Position numbers and translations under genes: made by a program. From Candidatus Phycocordibacter aenigmaticus (GTDB lineage Bacteria > Patescibacteriota > Minisyncoccia > Phycocordibacterales > Phycocordibacteraceae), in assembly GCA_045401115.1 (NCBI GenBank), contig CP174359.1, forward strand, positions 419,247 to 483,246: a stretch of DNA of 64,000 bases, given 5' to 3'. The notes under the pieces are model-generated. The model searched no databases. It had not been told where the DNA came from and saw only the letters and a program-made list of their open reading frames with translations. Positions 56,110-64,000 of the stretch are shown here, piece after piece. The stretch's first letter is position 1, and each line of letters begins with the position of its first letter.

Positions 56110-57993
56110 ATGCAATACTACATGTCTACACATATATTACAGAGAGGATTATTACTTCTCGGAGCTACATCTCTTTTTGTGTTTTTTGTTGGTGTTCTGT
56201 TTTTTATACCAAATGACTCAGCGCTTGCTGCGACATGTATGCCGGGAAACAGTCAGTCAGTACGTATGACTGGAACTAATCCGAACAGAGAAGCCGATTC
56301 TGTTTGGGCGAGTGCACGCATTAATAGTTCGTATGCTCCTGGAGAGGATATATATGCGGTGGGGGCGATGTGGTCGGATGATTACCCAACCATATGTCCT
56401 CAGCTAGCAATTAATGGAGTCTCTTTTGACCTCGGCTGTCGATTACAGATGGTGTTGACCGAAACTAAGAAAGTAGATACGGCGCCAATGGAACCAGGAA
56501 CGTATGAAATGTGGTGGTCAGTGAGCGGCACACACCCATACCGTGTTGATCGTATTTGTCCTTTGACGTATACCGTTGTTGCGCCCACTCCAACCGCTTC
56601 ACTTTCCGCATCACCATCAACAGTAACCAATGGTGACAGCAGTATACTTTCGTGGTCTTCATCTAACGCCACGAGTTGTACCGGTTCAGGGTTTGATACT
56701 AACAGTGCCACTTCAGGGAGTGTAACGTTGTCACCAAATACAAACACTACGTACACGGTAGAGTGTACAAATACGAGCGGGTCAGCGAGTGATTCAACAA
56801 ACATTTCTGTTATACAACCTCCACAAGCACCAACCGCCTCACTTTCTGCATCACCTTCATCTATTACCCAAGGCGATAGTAGTACGCTTACGTGGACATC
56901 AACCGCTGCAAGTTTCTGTACTGGTTCTGGGTTTAGCACAGGGAATCGTGCCAATGGTTCGGTGACTGTATCACCAAGCAACACCACTGATTATTCAATT
57001 ACTTGTAGTGGTACTGGAGGGTCTGCGCAAGATTCTGCTCGCGTGACGGTTGCGGGAGATGTTCCTACACCAACCGCCTCACTTTCTGCATCACCTTCAT
57101 CTATTACCCAAGGCGATAGTAGTACGCTTACGTGGACATCAACCGCTGCAAGTTTCTGTACTGGTTCTGGGTTTAGCACAGGGAATCGTGCCAATGGTTC
57201 GGTGACTGTATCACCAAGCAACACCACTGATTATTCAATTACTTGTAGTGGTACTGGAGGGTCTGCACAAGATTCTGCTCGCGTGACGGTTGCTTCCGTA
57301 CCAGGTGTGGTGTCGGCATCACTTTCAGCATCTCCAGCTGTTATTTCTAACGGAGAGACAGCATTGCTTTCATGGAGTTCAGTGAACGCTACGCGTTGTT
57401 CTGGCGATGGGAAAGACGGCTTCTATACCGGTGGACGTACTGTAGGGTCACGACTTGTAACTCCAGAAGATTCGACTGTGTATGCGCTTACTTGTGTTGG
57501 TCCGAGTGGTGCCGCGTATGCCTCTGCGTCTGTCATCGTAATACATACGGGTGGACCAGGCGACCCGGGTGATCCAGGCGACCCAGGCGATCCGGGTGAT
57601 CCAAGGGATCCTGAGGATGACCCATCAGAGTGTTCTGACGGAATTGATAATGATGGCGACGGGGCAGTAGATTATCCCGATGATCCTGCATGTTCTTCAG
57701 AAGATGATGACAATGAACGGGCACTAGACGTTTCCCTTGAACTCAACGCGACACCAAATCCAACACGTTCAGGAAAAACTACTACCTTACAATGGAGTAC
57801 GCAAAACGCTATTTCCTGTGCACTTGGTGTAGCAGGAGGGGCTCCTGTTGCTTTACCAAGTGTTTCTGGTTCTCGTGAATCAGCACCATTAACAACTGAG
57901 ACATCATTCAGATTAACTTGTAGAAACTTGGATCAAGTTCCGTTTTCTACTGAAACCAAGGTGAGAATACTCCCTTCATTTATTGAAGAGTAG
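56110..57993 (+). CDS. secreted repeat protein: N-terminal ~110-aa Cys-containing module, tandem ~80-aa Ig-like repeats, (GDP)n collagen-like run, TSP3-like Ca-binding motif
   Basis: Signal peptide; repeats PTASLSASPSSITQGDSSTLTWTST..CTGSGFSTGNRANGSV.. (two units identical at DNA level); PGDPGDPGDPGDPGDP; CSDGIDNDGDGAVDYPDDPAC. Confidence 0.55.
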   Translation: MQYYMSTHILQRGLLLLGATSLFVFFVGVLFFIPNDSALAATCMPGNSQSVRMTGTNPNREADSVWASARINSSYAPGEDIYAVGAMWSDDYPTICPQLAINGVSFDLGCRLQMVLTETKKVDTAPMEPGTYEMWWSVSGTHPYRVDRICPLTYTVVAPTPTASLSASPSTVTNGDSSILSWSSSNATSCTGSGFDTNSATSGSVTLSPNTNTTYTVECTNTSGSASDSTNISVIQPPQAPTASLSASPSSITQGDSSTLTWTSTAASFCTGSGFSTGNRANGSVTVSPSNTTDYSITCSGTGGSAQDSARVTVAGDVPTPTASLSASPSSITQGDSSTLTWTSTAASFCTGSGFSTGNRANGSVTVSPSNTTDYSITCSGTGGSAQDSARVTVASVPGVVSASLSASPAVISNGETALLSWSSVNATRCSGDGKDGFYTGGRTVGSRLVTPEDSTVYALTCVGPSGAAYASASVIVIHTGGPGDPGDPGDPGDPGDPRDPEDDPSECSDGIDNDGDGAVDYPDDPACSSEDDDNERALDVSLELNATPNPTRSGKTTTLQWSTQNAISCALGVAGGAPVALPSVSGSRESAPLTTETSFRLTCRNLDQVPFSTETKVRILPSFIEE

Positions 57994-58023
57994 AAACTTA
58001 TTAATTATTATTTATTACACGTT

Positions 58024-58992
58024 ATGAACACTTCTACCCAAACCACTTACGTTAGAAATATACTTATTGGAATAGGCCTCCTTGCGATTCTTGCGATTGT
58101 GGCTTTTTACTTCTCAGATAACGAACCAGCCGAACAGCCACAAGATCGTGTACCATTATTAGCTGTACTTTCTGAAGTATCTGATCAGTCATGGTTCTCT
58201 CTTAAAGAGGTTCATGTCCGCAGTGTTGAATCAGCACTTCCTGAGTTTGATGGCAAAGTGGTTGATTATGCTCGAAATGGAGGAAGTGAAGTACTCATAT
58301 ACGATGATAGTGGTATTCATGCGGTACAAATGCGATATGATAATTCTGGAGATTGGCACGTCATTTCACGTTCCCCATATGAGAAGCGAGAGGTAGCAGT
58401 GGCACAAAGTGGAGACTATATCGCATATGCTGAACGAGACCGTGATGTCACAGATAGTCTGCAATTAGATGCGTGGACAATATATCTTTTTGACCGCACC
58501 AGTAAAGAACTTTATACCATTGGTGCCGGATATCAGCCGCAATTCCTTACCTTTGGTTCCGGCGATAATATTTGGGAAGCACTCGTTTTCAGTAGTCAAA
58601 ATGGAGTGGGTATGTTTAATTTGAATTTAGTTGCTGCTGATGAGGCGGAACCTCAAATTTATGAGGGTGTTATTCCAGAGTCAACTCATCACCCAGTGCT
58701 ATTTTCTAAGCGAATAAACGATGGGGAAGCGTACGCACTTGCATACGATTCAGTTGCAGGAGCATACAATGTGTTCTCTGTATCAAAGAACTATCTCGGG
58801 TTAAGTGCGCGTGAACAGGTACAAGCTGATGAATTATTAGGCATCACTAATAATTTATTGTATTTTTCTCGCAACGGTGAACTTTACGTACATCGTATTG
58901 GCGGTACTGAAGAACCAAAGTACGTGATGGACATTGAAAACGAACAAGGACAGCGCATTATTGCCGTACTCGATGAGGTTGAGGCAGAGTAA
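58024..58992 (+). CDS. membrane-anchored hypothetical protein
   Basis: N-terminal TM; paralogous to next gene (DYARNGGSEVLIYDDSGIHAVQMRYDNSGDWHVISRSPYEK vs IDYARQGEVEALIQSKDGFHQVLYREKEGDWRVVSESPFEK). Confidence 0.45.
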   Translation: MNTSTQTTYVRNILIGIGLLAILAIVAFYFSDNEPAEQPQDRVPLLAVLSEVSDQSWFSLKEVHVRSVESALPEFDGKVVDYARNGGSEVLIYDDSGIHAVQMRYDNSGDWHVISRSPYEKREVAVAQSGDYIAYAERDRDVTDSLQLDAWTIYLFDRTSKELYTIGAGYQPQFLTFGSGDNIWEALVFSSQNGVGMFNLNLVAADEAEPQIYEGVIPESTHHPVLFSKRINDGEAYALAYDSVAGAYNVFSVSKNYLGLSAREQVQADELLGITNNLLYFSRNGELYVHRIGGTEEPKYVMDIENEQGQRIIAVLDEVEAE

Positions 58993-59000
58993 TTATTCCT

Positions 59001-59936
59001 ATGGTGACATCCACTCAAAGTATAGTAAGATTTTTTTTACCTATCTTAGGGGTGGTGGTTTTGTTTATTGTAGTTGGTTGGTTTTCTATTACAGAACAAG
59101 ATCGGAGCCAAGATACACCCTCCACTTCTTTTCCGGCACTCGATGGACTCTCTTTTCTTGTAGAATCTGATGAGGGCGATTGGTATAGCGTACAACAAAA
59201 AACTTCAGATGGATTCGTGACACAAACACCGGAATTTACTGGAACAATAATTGACTATGCGCGTCAAGGAGAAGTCGAAGCACTTATCCAATCTAAGGAT
59301 GGTTTTCATCAAGTACTTTATAGGGAAAAAGAAGGCGATTGGCGCGTCGTGTCTGAGAGTCCTTTCGAAAAAGCAACACTGAAACTCTCTGAAGATGGCA
59401 CATTACTAGGTTTTTCTGAACGCACAGAAACAGAGATGGATTCAGCTGACTTTGAAGCATGGCAAATTGTTGTTTACTCTCTTGAAACTTCTGAAAGTAC
59501 ATTAATTTCAGGATACGCGCCGCAGTTTGTAACGGTCACTGAGGGATGGACACTAATATATTTCAGTTCTTCTTTAGGTTTGGCAATGTATGAACCAATA
59601 TCAGGAGACATTATCTATTCAGAAGACATTACACCGGTATCCACTCGGCTACCGGTAAAAATTTCTTCTGATGGCACAACGTTGATTTCATACAATGAGA
59701 CTACTCAAGATTTTGTAATCTTTGATTTACAAAATCCAACCACTATTGGTCTTAATGCGCTTGGTACTCTTCCGCCGTATAATGATATATATAAAAAAGA
59801 CGGACTACTATTCGGTCTTGATATACGTGAAAAGGAAAGTTTTATGTGGGTGCATGCGTTGGATCGTTTAGACGAAGGAGAGCAAATATATACTTTTCCT
59901 GAAAACATTATTCCGCTTAAATTTTCATCATCATAA
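59001..59936 (+). CDS. membrane-anchored hypothetical protein (paralog of 58024)
   Basis: Same architecture and conserved blocks as preceding gene. Confidence 0.45.
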   Translation: MVTSTQSIVRFFLPILGVVVLFIVVGWFSITEQDRSQDTPSTSFPALDGLSFLVESDEGDWYSVQQKTSDGFVTQTPEFTGTIIDYARQGEVEALIQSKDGFHQVLYREKEGDWRVVSESPFEKATLKLSEDGTLLGFSERTETEMDSADFEAWQIVVYSLETSESTLISGYAPQFVTVTEGWTLIYFSSSLGLAMYEPISGDIIYSEDITPVSTRLPVKISSDGTTLISYNETTQDFVIFDLQNPTTIGLNALGTLPPYNDIYKKDGLLFGLDIREKESFMWVHALDRLDEGEQIYTFPENIIPLKFSSS

Positions 59937-59944
59937 ATTAATTT

Positions 59945-62900
59945 ATGCACGCTATTTTTAAAGCAACACGTCACCGTATTTTTCTCGCCACCATTGTGGG
60001 TATGTTGGTTCTTTTTCCTATAGGTGTTGACGCGTTCCTTGACTTTAATGGAGGTGGTTTTTTTAATCCTGATCCAGGCGATCAAGGATTCCCTAATCCA
60101 GGCGGAGGCGGACCTCTTAGTATTAGTTGTGGAGCTACTCCTCGAACAATTTCTTCAGGAGGATCAGTTAATTGGTTCTCTTCTGTGTCAGGAGGAACTG
60201 GTTCTTATACGTATTCATGGAGTGGGACTAATGGGTTGTCTGGTAACGCGTCAAATGTGTTTAAAACATATAGTACTGTAGGTACTAAAACAGCACAGGT
60301 TACTGTATATAGTGGCGGACAAACGGCAAGCGATACATGTGGGACGGTACAAGTAAGCGCTCCAACACCAAGTCCGACAGTATCATTATCAGCGAACCCA
60401 ACATCAATTGCAGCAGGAAATACCTCAACACTTTCATGGTCGTCATCTAACGCCACGAGTTGTACCGGTTCAGGATTCAGCACCGGAGGCGCTACGAGTG
60501 GTTCACGTTCGGTGTCGCCAAGTTCGAACACCACATACGGTATTGTTTGTAGTGGCGCAGGAGGAACAGTATATAAAGCAGCATCGGTTTCAGTAACTCA
60601 AGCGGTAGCAACCAATCTTTCCATCTACCCAACATCAATTGTACGCGGAAATTCTGCAACCATCTCATGGTCGTCATCTAACGCCACGAGTTGTACCGGT
60701 TCAGGATTCAGCACCGGAGGCGCTACGAGTGGTTCACGTTCGGTGTCGCCAAGTTCTTCAACAACATATAGTGTGACCTGTCAAAATTCAGTTTCATCAT
60801 CTTCGAAGAGTAGGACATTGACCGTCACCACTCCAACTCCAGCCCCAACCGCCTCACTCTCAGCATCACCGTCATCACTTACGCAAGGCCAGTACACAAC
60901 ACTTTCATGGTCGTCATCTAATGCCAGTAGTTGTGCTGGTTCCGGGTTTAGCACCTCAAACCGTACCAGCGGTTCAGTGACCATATCACCAAACAGCACC
61001 ACAAATTATTCGGTGACGTGTTACGGCACAGGCGGAACCGCATCTGATAGTTCACGAGTGACCGTTACCACGCCACTTCCATCATCATGTAGCAGTGGTT
61101 CTCGTCAAACAGTGAGTATGGCGTTATATAACACAAATAATGAGGCATCAGGTATCTGGGGCAGTGCAAGTATTAATAGTTCATATGCTCCGGGTGAGAC
61201 GATACGCGCAACTGGCTCATTATGGTCAGACGATTATCCACGTGCGTGTCCTTCACTATCTATTAACGGCACCTCATTTAATCTTGGTTGTCAGTTGCAA
61301 CTAGCACCAAGCAAAGTGCTCACAGTTGGTACAGCACCATCAACTCCAGGAACGTATCAAATGTGGTGGGCAGTGGGCAGCACAGGAAGCTATCGACTTG
61401 ATCGTATTTGTCCTATGACATATACCGTTGTTGCACCCGCCCCAACCACCTCACTCTCCGCATCACCTTCTTCTATTACACGTGGTGACAACAGTACACT
61501 TTCATGGTCATCGACTAATGCCACAAGCTGTTCTGGGAATGGTTTTAACACTTCAAACCGTACCAGCGGCTCGGTATCCGTATCACCAAACAGCACCACA
61601 AATTATTCGGTGACGTGTACTGGTGGTGGGGGAAGTCGTTCAGATTCTAGCACTGTTACTGTCACCACTCCAACTCCAGCCCCAACCGCCTCACTCTCAG
61701 CATCACCGTCATCACTTACGCAAGGCCAGTACACAACACTTTCATGGTCGTCATCTAATGCCAGTAGTTGTGCTGGTTCCGGGTTTAGCACCTCAAACCG
61801 TACCAGCGGTTCAGTGACCATATCACCAAACAGCACCACAAATTATTCGGTGACGTGTTACGGCACAGGCGGAACCGCATCTGATAGTTCACGAGTGACC
61901 GTTACCACGCCACTTCCATCATCATGTAGCAGTGGTTCTCGTCAAACAGTGAGTATGGCGTTATATAACACAAATAATGAGGCATCAGGTATCTGGGGCA
62001 GTGCAAGTATTAATAGTTCATATGCTCCGGGTGAGACGATACGCGCAACTGGCTCATTATGGTCAGACGATTATCCACGTGCGTGTCCTTCACTATCTAT
62101 TAACGGCACCTCATTTAATCTTGGTTGTCAGTTGCAACTAGCACCAAGCAAAGTGCTCACAGTTGGTACAGCACCATCAACTCCAGGAACGTATCAAATG
62201 TGGTGGGCAGTGGGCAGCACAGGAAGCTATCGACTTGATCGTATTTGTCCTATGACATATACCGTTGTTGCACCCGCCCCAACCACCTCACTCTCCGCAT
62301 CACCTTCTTCTATTACACGTGGTGACAACAGTACACTTTCATGGTCATCGACTAATGCCACAAGCTGTTCTGGGAATGGTTTTAACACTTCAAACCGTAC
62401 CAGCGGCTCGGTATCCGTATCACCAAACAGCACCACAAATTATTCGGTGACGTGTACTGGTGGTGGGGGTTCAGATTCTGATACGGCTCGTGTCACTGTT
62501 AATGATCCGCCTCCAGAACCAACGGCAAATATTTCTGTGAACCCGTCTACAATTATCCGTGGAAACAGCAGTACGCTTTCATGGTCATCGACTGCCGCAA
62601 GTTTTTGTACTGGCTCAGGATTCAGCACTTCAAACCGTACGAGTGGCTCGGTATCCGTATCACCAAACAGCACCACAAATTATTCGGTGACGTGTAGTGG
62701 AACTGGTGGCAGTGATTCTGACACTGCGCGCGTGACTGTAAACGACCCCGCCCCAACCACCTCACTCTCCGCATCACCTTCTTCTATTACACGTGGTGAC
62801 AACAGTACACTTTCATGGTCATCGACTAATGCCACAAGCTGTTCTGGGAATGGTTTTAACACTTCAAACCGTACCAGCGGCTCGGTATCCGTATCACCAA

Positions 62901-64000
62901 ACAGCACCACAAATTATTCGGTGACGTGTACTGGTGGTGGGGGTTCAGATTCTGATACGGCTCGTGTCACTGTTAATGATCCGCCTCCAGAACCAACGGC
63001 AAATATTTCTGTGAACCCGTCTACAATTATCCGTGGAAACAGCAGTACTATTTCATGGAGTTCCGAAGATGCTACCGGATGTACTGGTTCAGGTTTTTCA
63101 ACAAGTGGTGCCACGAGCGGTTCACGTACCATTTCACCGCCTTCAAGTCGAAATTATAGTGTTACATGTTCTGGACCTGGTGGTAGTGATTCAGACACTG
63201 CGGGAATAACGGTGAACGATCCAGCTCCAACCGCCTCACTCTCAGTGTCACCGTCGTCTATTACGCGCGGTGAAACTGTCACGTTAAGTTGGTCTTCAAA
63301 TAATGCTACTCGTTGTTCTGGCGATGGCCAAGATGGTTTTTTCACTGGAGGTAATGCTTCAGGTAATATCACCATTATTCCGACTGGAAGTAAGACATAT
63401 ACTGTAAGTTGTACTGGTCCTGGCGGTAGCGCTTCTGATGGTGTATATGTGTCAGTAAGTAATCCCGCTCCAACCGCCTCACTCTCAGCATCACCATCTT
63501 CACTTACTCAAGGTGGTAATACTCGATTGAGTTGGAATTCAACCAATGCAACCCGTTGTTCTGGTGATGGGCAAGACGGTTTTTACACTAATGCGCGTAC
63601 GTCAGGTAGTGTGACTATCACTCCAAGTAGTAGTAAAACATACACTGTTACCTGTGAAGGATATGGCGGTGAAGATACTGACTCAGCTTCTGTAAGCATT
63701 TCAACACAATGCTCAGATGGCATCGACAACGATGGCGATGGGCTTATCGACCATCCAAATGACCCAGGCTGTTTTGCGGCATCAGACAATGACGAATATA
63801 ATCCACCACCAGAAGCGTCAATTTCGCTCTCAGTGTCACCTAATCCTGCACGTACCAATGAAACCGCACGACTCTCATGGACCGCACGTAATGTGGAAAA
63901 CGGATCCTGTCGTCTGACCGGTAGTAACGGAGATTCATGGAATTTGAGTGGCACACAAGGCTCTCGTACTTCATCAACACTTACCGAGGAGGTTACGTAT
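59945..64000 (+). CDS. giant secreted tandem-repeat surface protein (3' partial, runs off window; >1350 aa)
   Basis: ATG 59945 with signal peptide MHAIFKATRHRIFLATIVGMLVLFPIGVDA; no stop in this frame to window end (all ORF-track hits here are antisense or off-frame); >15 Ig-like ~80-aa repeats, two copies of the ~110-aa module shared with 56110, and a second CSDGIDNDGDGLIDHPNDPGC motif. Confidence 0.55.
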   Translation, partial: MHAIFKATRHRIFLATIVGMLVLFPIGVDAFLDFNGGGFFNPDPGDQGFPNPGGGGPLSISCGATPRTISSGGSVNWFSSVSGGTGSYTYSWSGTNGLSGNASNVFKTYSTVGTKTAQVTVYSGGQTASDTCGTVQVSAPTPSPTVSLSANPTSIAAGNTSTLSWSSSNATSCTGSGFSTGGATSGSRSVSPSSNTTYGIVCSGAGGTVYKAASVSVTQAVATNLSIYPTSIVRGNSATISWSSSNATSCTGSGFSTGGATSGSRSVSPSSSTTYSVTCQNSVSSSSKSRTLTVTTPTPAPTASLSASPSSLTQGQYTTLSWSSSNASSCAGSGFSTSNRTSGSVTISPNSTTNYSVTCYGTGGTASDSSRVTVTTPLPSSCSSGSRQTVSMALYNTNNEASGIWGSASINSSYAPGETIRATGSLWSDDYPRACPSLSINGTSFNLGCQLQLAPSKVLTVGTAPSTPGTYQMWWAVGSTGSYRLDRICPMTYTVVAPAPTTSLSASPSSITRGDNSTLSWSSTNATSCSGNGFNTSNRTSGSVSVSPNSTTNYSVTCTGGGGSRSDSSTVTVTTPTPAPTASLSASPSSLTQGQYTTLSWSSSNASSCAGSGFSTSNRTSGSVTISPNSTTNYSVTCYGTGGTASDSSRVTVTTPLPSSCSSGSRQTVSMALYNTNNEASGIWGSASINSSYAPGETIRATGSLWSDDYPRACPSLSINGTSFNLGCQLQLAPSKVLTVGTAPSTPGTYQMWWAVGSTGSYRLDRICPMTYTVVAPAPTTSLSASPSSITRGDNSTLSWSSTNATSCSGNGFNTSNRTSGSVSVSPNSTTNYSVTCTGGGGSDSDTARVTVNDPPPEPTANISVNPSTIIRGNSSTLSWSSTAASFCTGSGFSTSNRTSGSVSVSPNSTTNYSVTCSGTGGSDSDTARVTVNDPAPTTSLSASPSSITRGDNSTLSWSSTNATSCSGNGFNTSNRTSGSVSVSPNSTTNYSVTCTGGGGSDSDTARVTVNDPPPEPTANISVNPSTIIRGNSSTISWSSEDATGCTGSGFSTSGATSGSRTISPPSSRNYSVTCSGPGGSDSDTAGITVNDPAPTASLSVSPSSITRGETVTLSWSSNNATRCSGDGQDGFFTGGNASGNITIIPTGSKTYTVSCTGPGGSASDGVYVSVSNPAPTASLSASPSSLTQGGNTRLSWNSTNATRCSGDGQDGFYTNARTSGSVTITPSSSKTYTVTCEGYGGEDTDSASVSISTQCSDGIDNDGDGLIDHPNDPGCFAASDNDEYNPPPEASISLSVSPNPARTNETARLSWTARNVENGSCRLTGSNGDSWNLSGTQGSRTSSTLTEEVTY

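Noticed and set aside
56400-57724. Minus-strand ORFs 56400..56987, 56991..57227, 57533..57724 and plus ORF 57372..57572
   Set aside because: Antisense or off-frame within the 56110..57993 repeat-protein gene. Their similarity to each other reflects the sense-strand tandem repeats.
56580-63700. Possible CRISPR array suggested by regular ~240-bp periodic repeats
   Set aside because: The repeats are in-frame coding tandem domains (Ig-like) with a 240/837-bp period, not 25-40-bp direct repeats with unique spacers. There are no cas genes.
60205-63954. Numerous minus-strand and frame-0 plus-strand ORFs (60-125 aa) tiling the last 4 kb
   Set aside because: They are antisense or off-frame shadows of one long + strand frame (59945 to window end) encoding tandem repeats. 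Identical ORF pairs simply mirror the 837-bp DNA duplication.

Overview
The window is a 64 kb + strand piece of a small-genome bacterium that looks like a CPR/Patescibacteria member. The evidence for that is a short IF2, arrays of T4SS-pilin-like mini-proteins, many surface repeat proteins, a class I aldolase and orphan parB and substrate-binding genes. Most of the window is housekeeping: the gyrA C-terminus, rbfA-infB, a cysteine desulfurase, clpB, miaA, a peroxiredoxin, parB, rel, topA, dprA, serS-ftsQ, dus, a NUDIX hydrolase, dnaX, a DEAD-box helicase, lexA, an aldolase, nrdAB, cysS, an FKBP, tgt, uvrB/uvrA/uvrC, plus rpmG, which the ORF track missed. There are nine tRNA genes: Leu-TAG, Leu-TAA, Cys, Lys, Tyr, Trp, Leu-CAA and Gln, some of them in clusters.

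The most unusual signal is a set of seven short (~130-160 nt) structured repeat elements. They fall into two sequence families. Each sits directly 3' of a tRNA gene. Each starts with an inverted copy of that tRNA's T-arm/acceptor 3' end and ends with a direct copy of that end from the middle of the T-loop onward. Each has a conserved, covarying internal core and is followed by its own rho-independent terminator.

Other notable items:
- An AT-rich three-gene islet sits next to tRNA-Gln and its elements: a 4-TM membrane protein plus two paralogous standalone ComEC-type MBL-fold proteins.
- A genome-wide family of conserved palindromic terminators has the form AAACGGCTCA-N-TGAGCCGTTT.
- A perfect 18-bp inverted-repeat element lies after nrdB.
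- Giant surface-protein genes contain near-identical tandem duplications of 240 to 837 bp.
- uvrC has an apparent homopolymer frameshift.
- Two Cys-rich micro-ORFs flank uvrB.
- A Cheo-like palindrome overlaps the lexA start.

There is no CRISPR array, rRNA, integrase or transposase.
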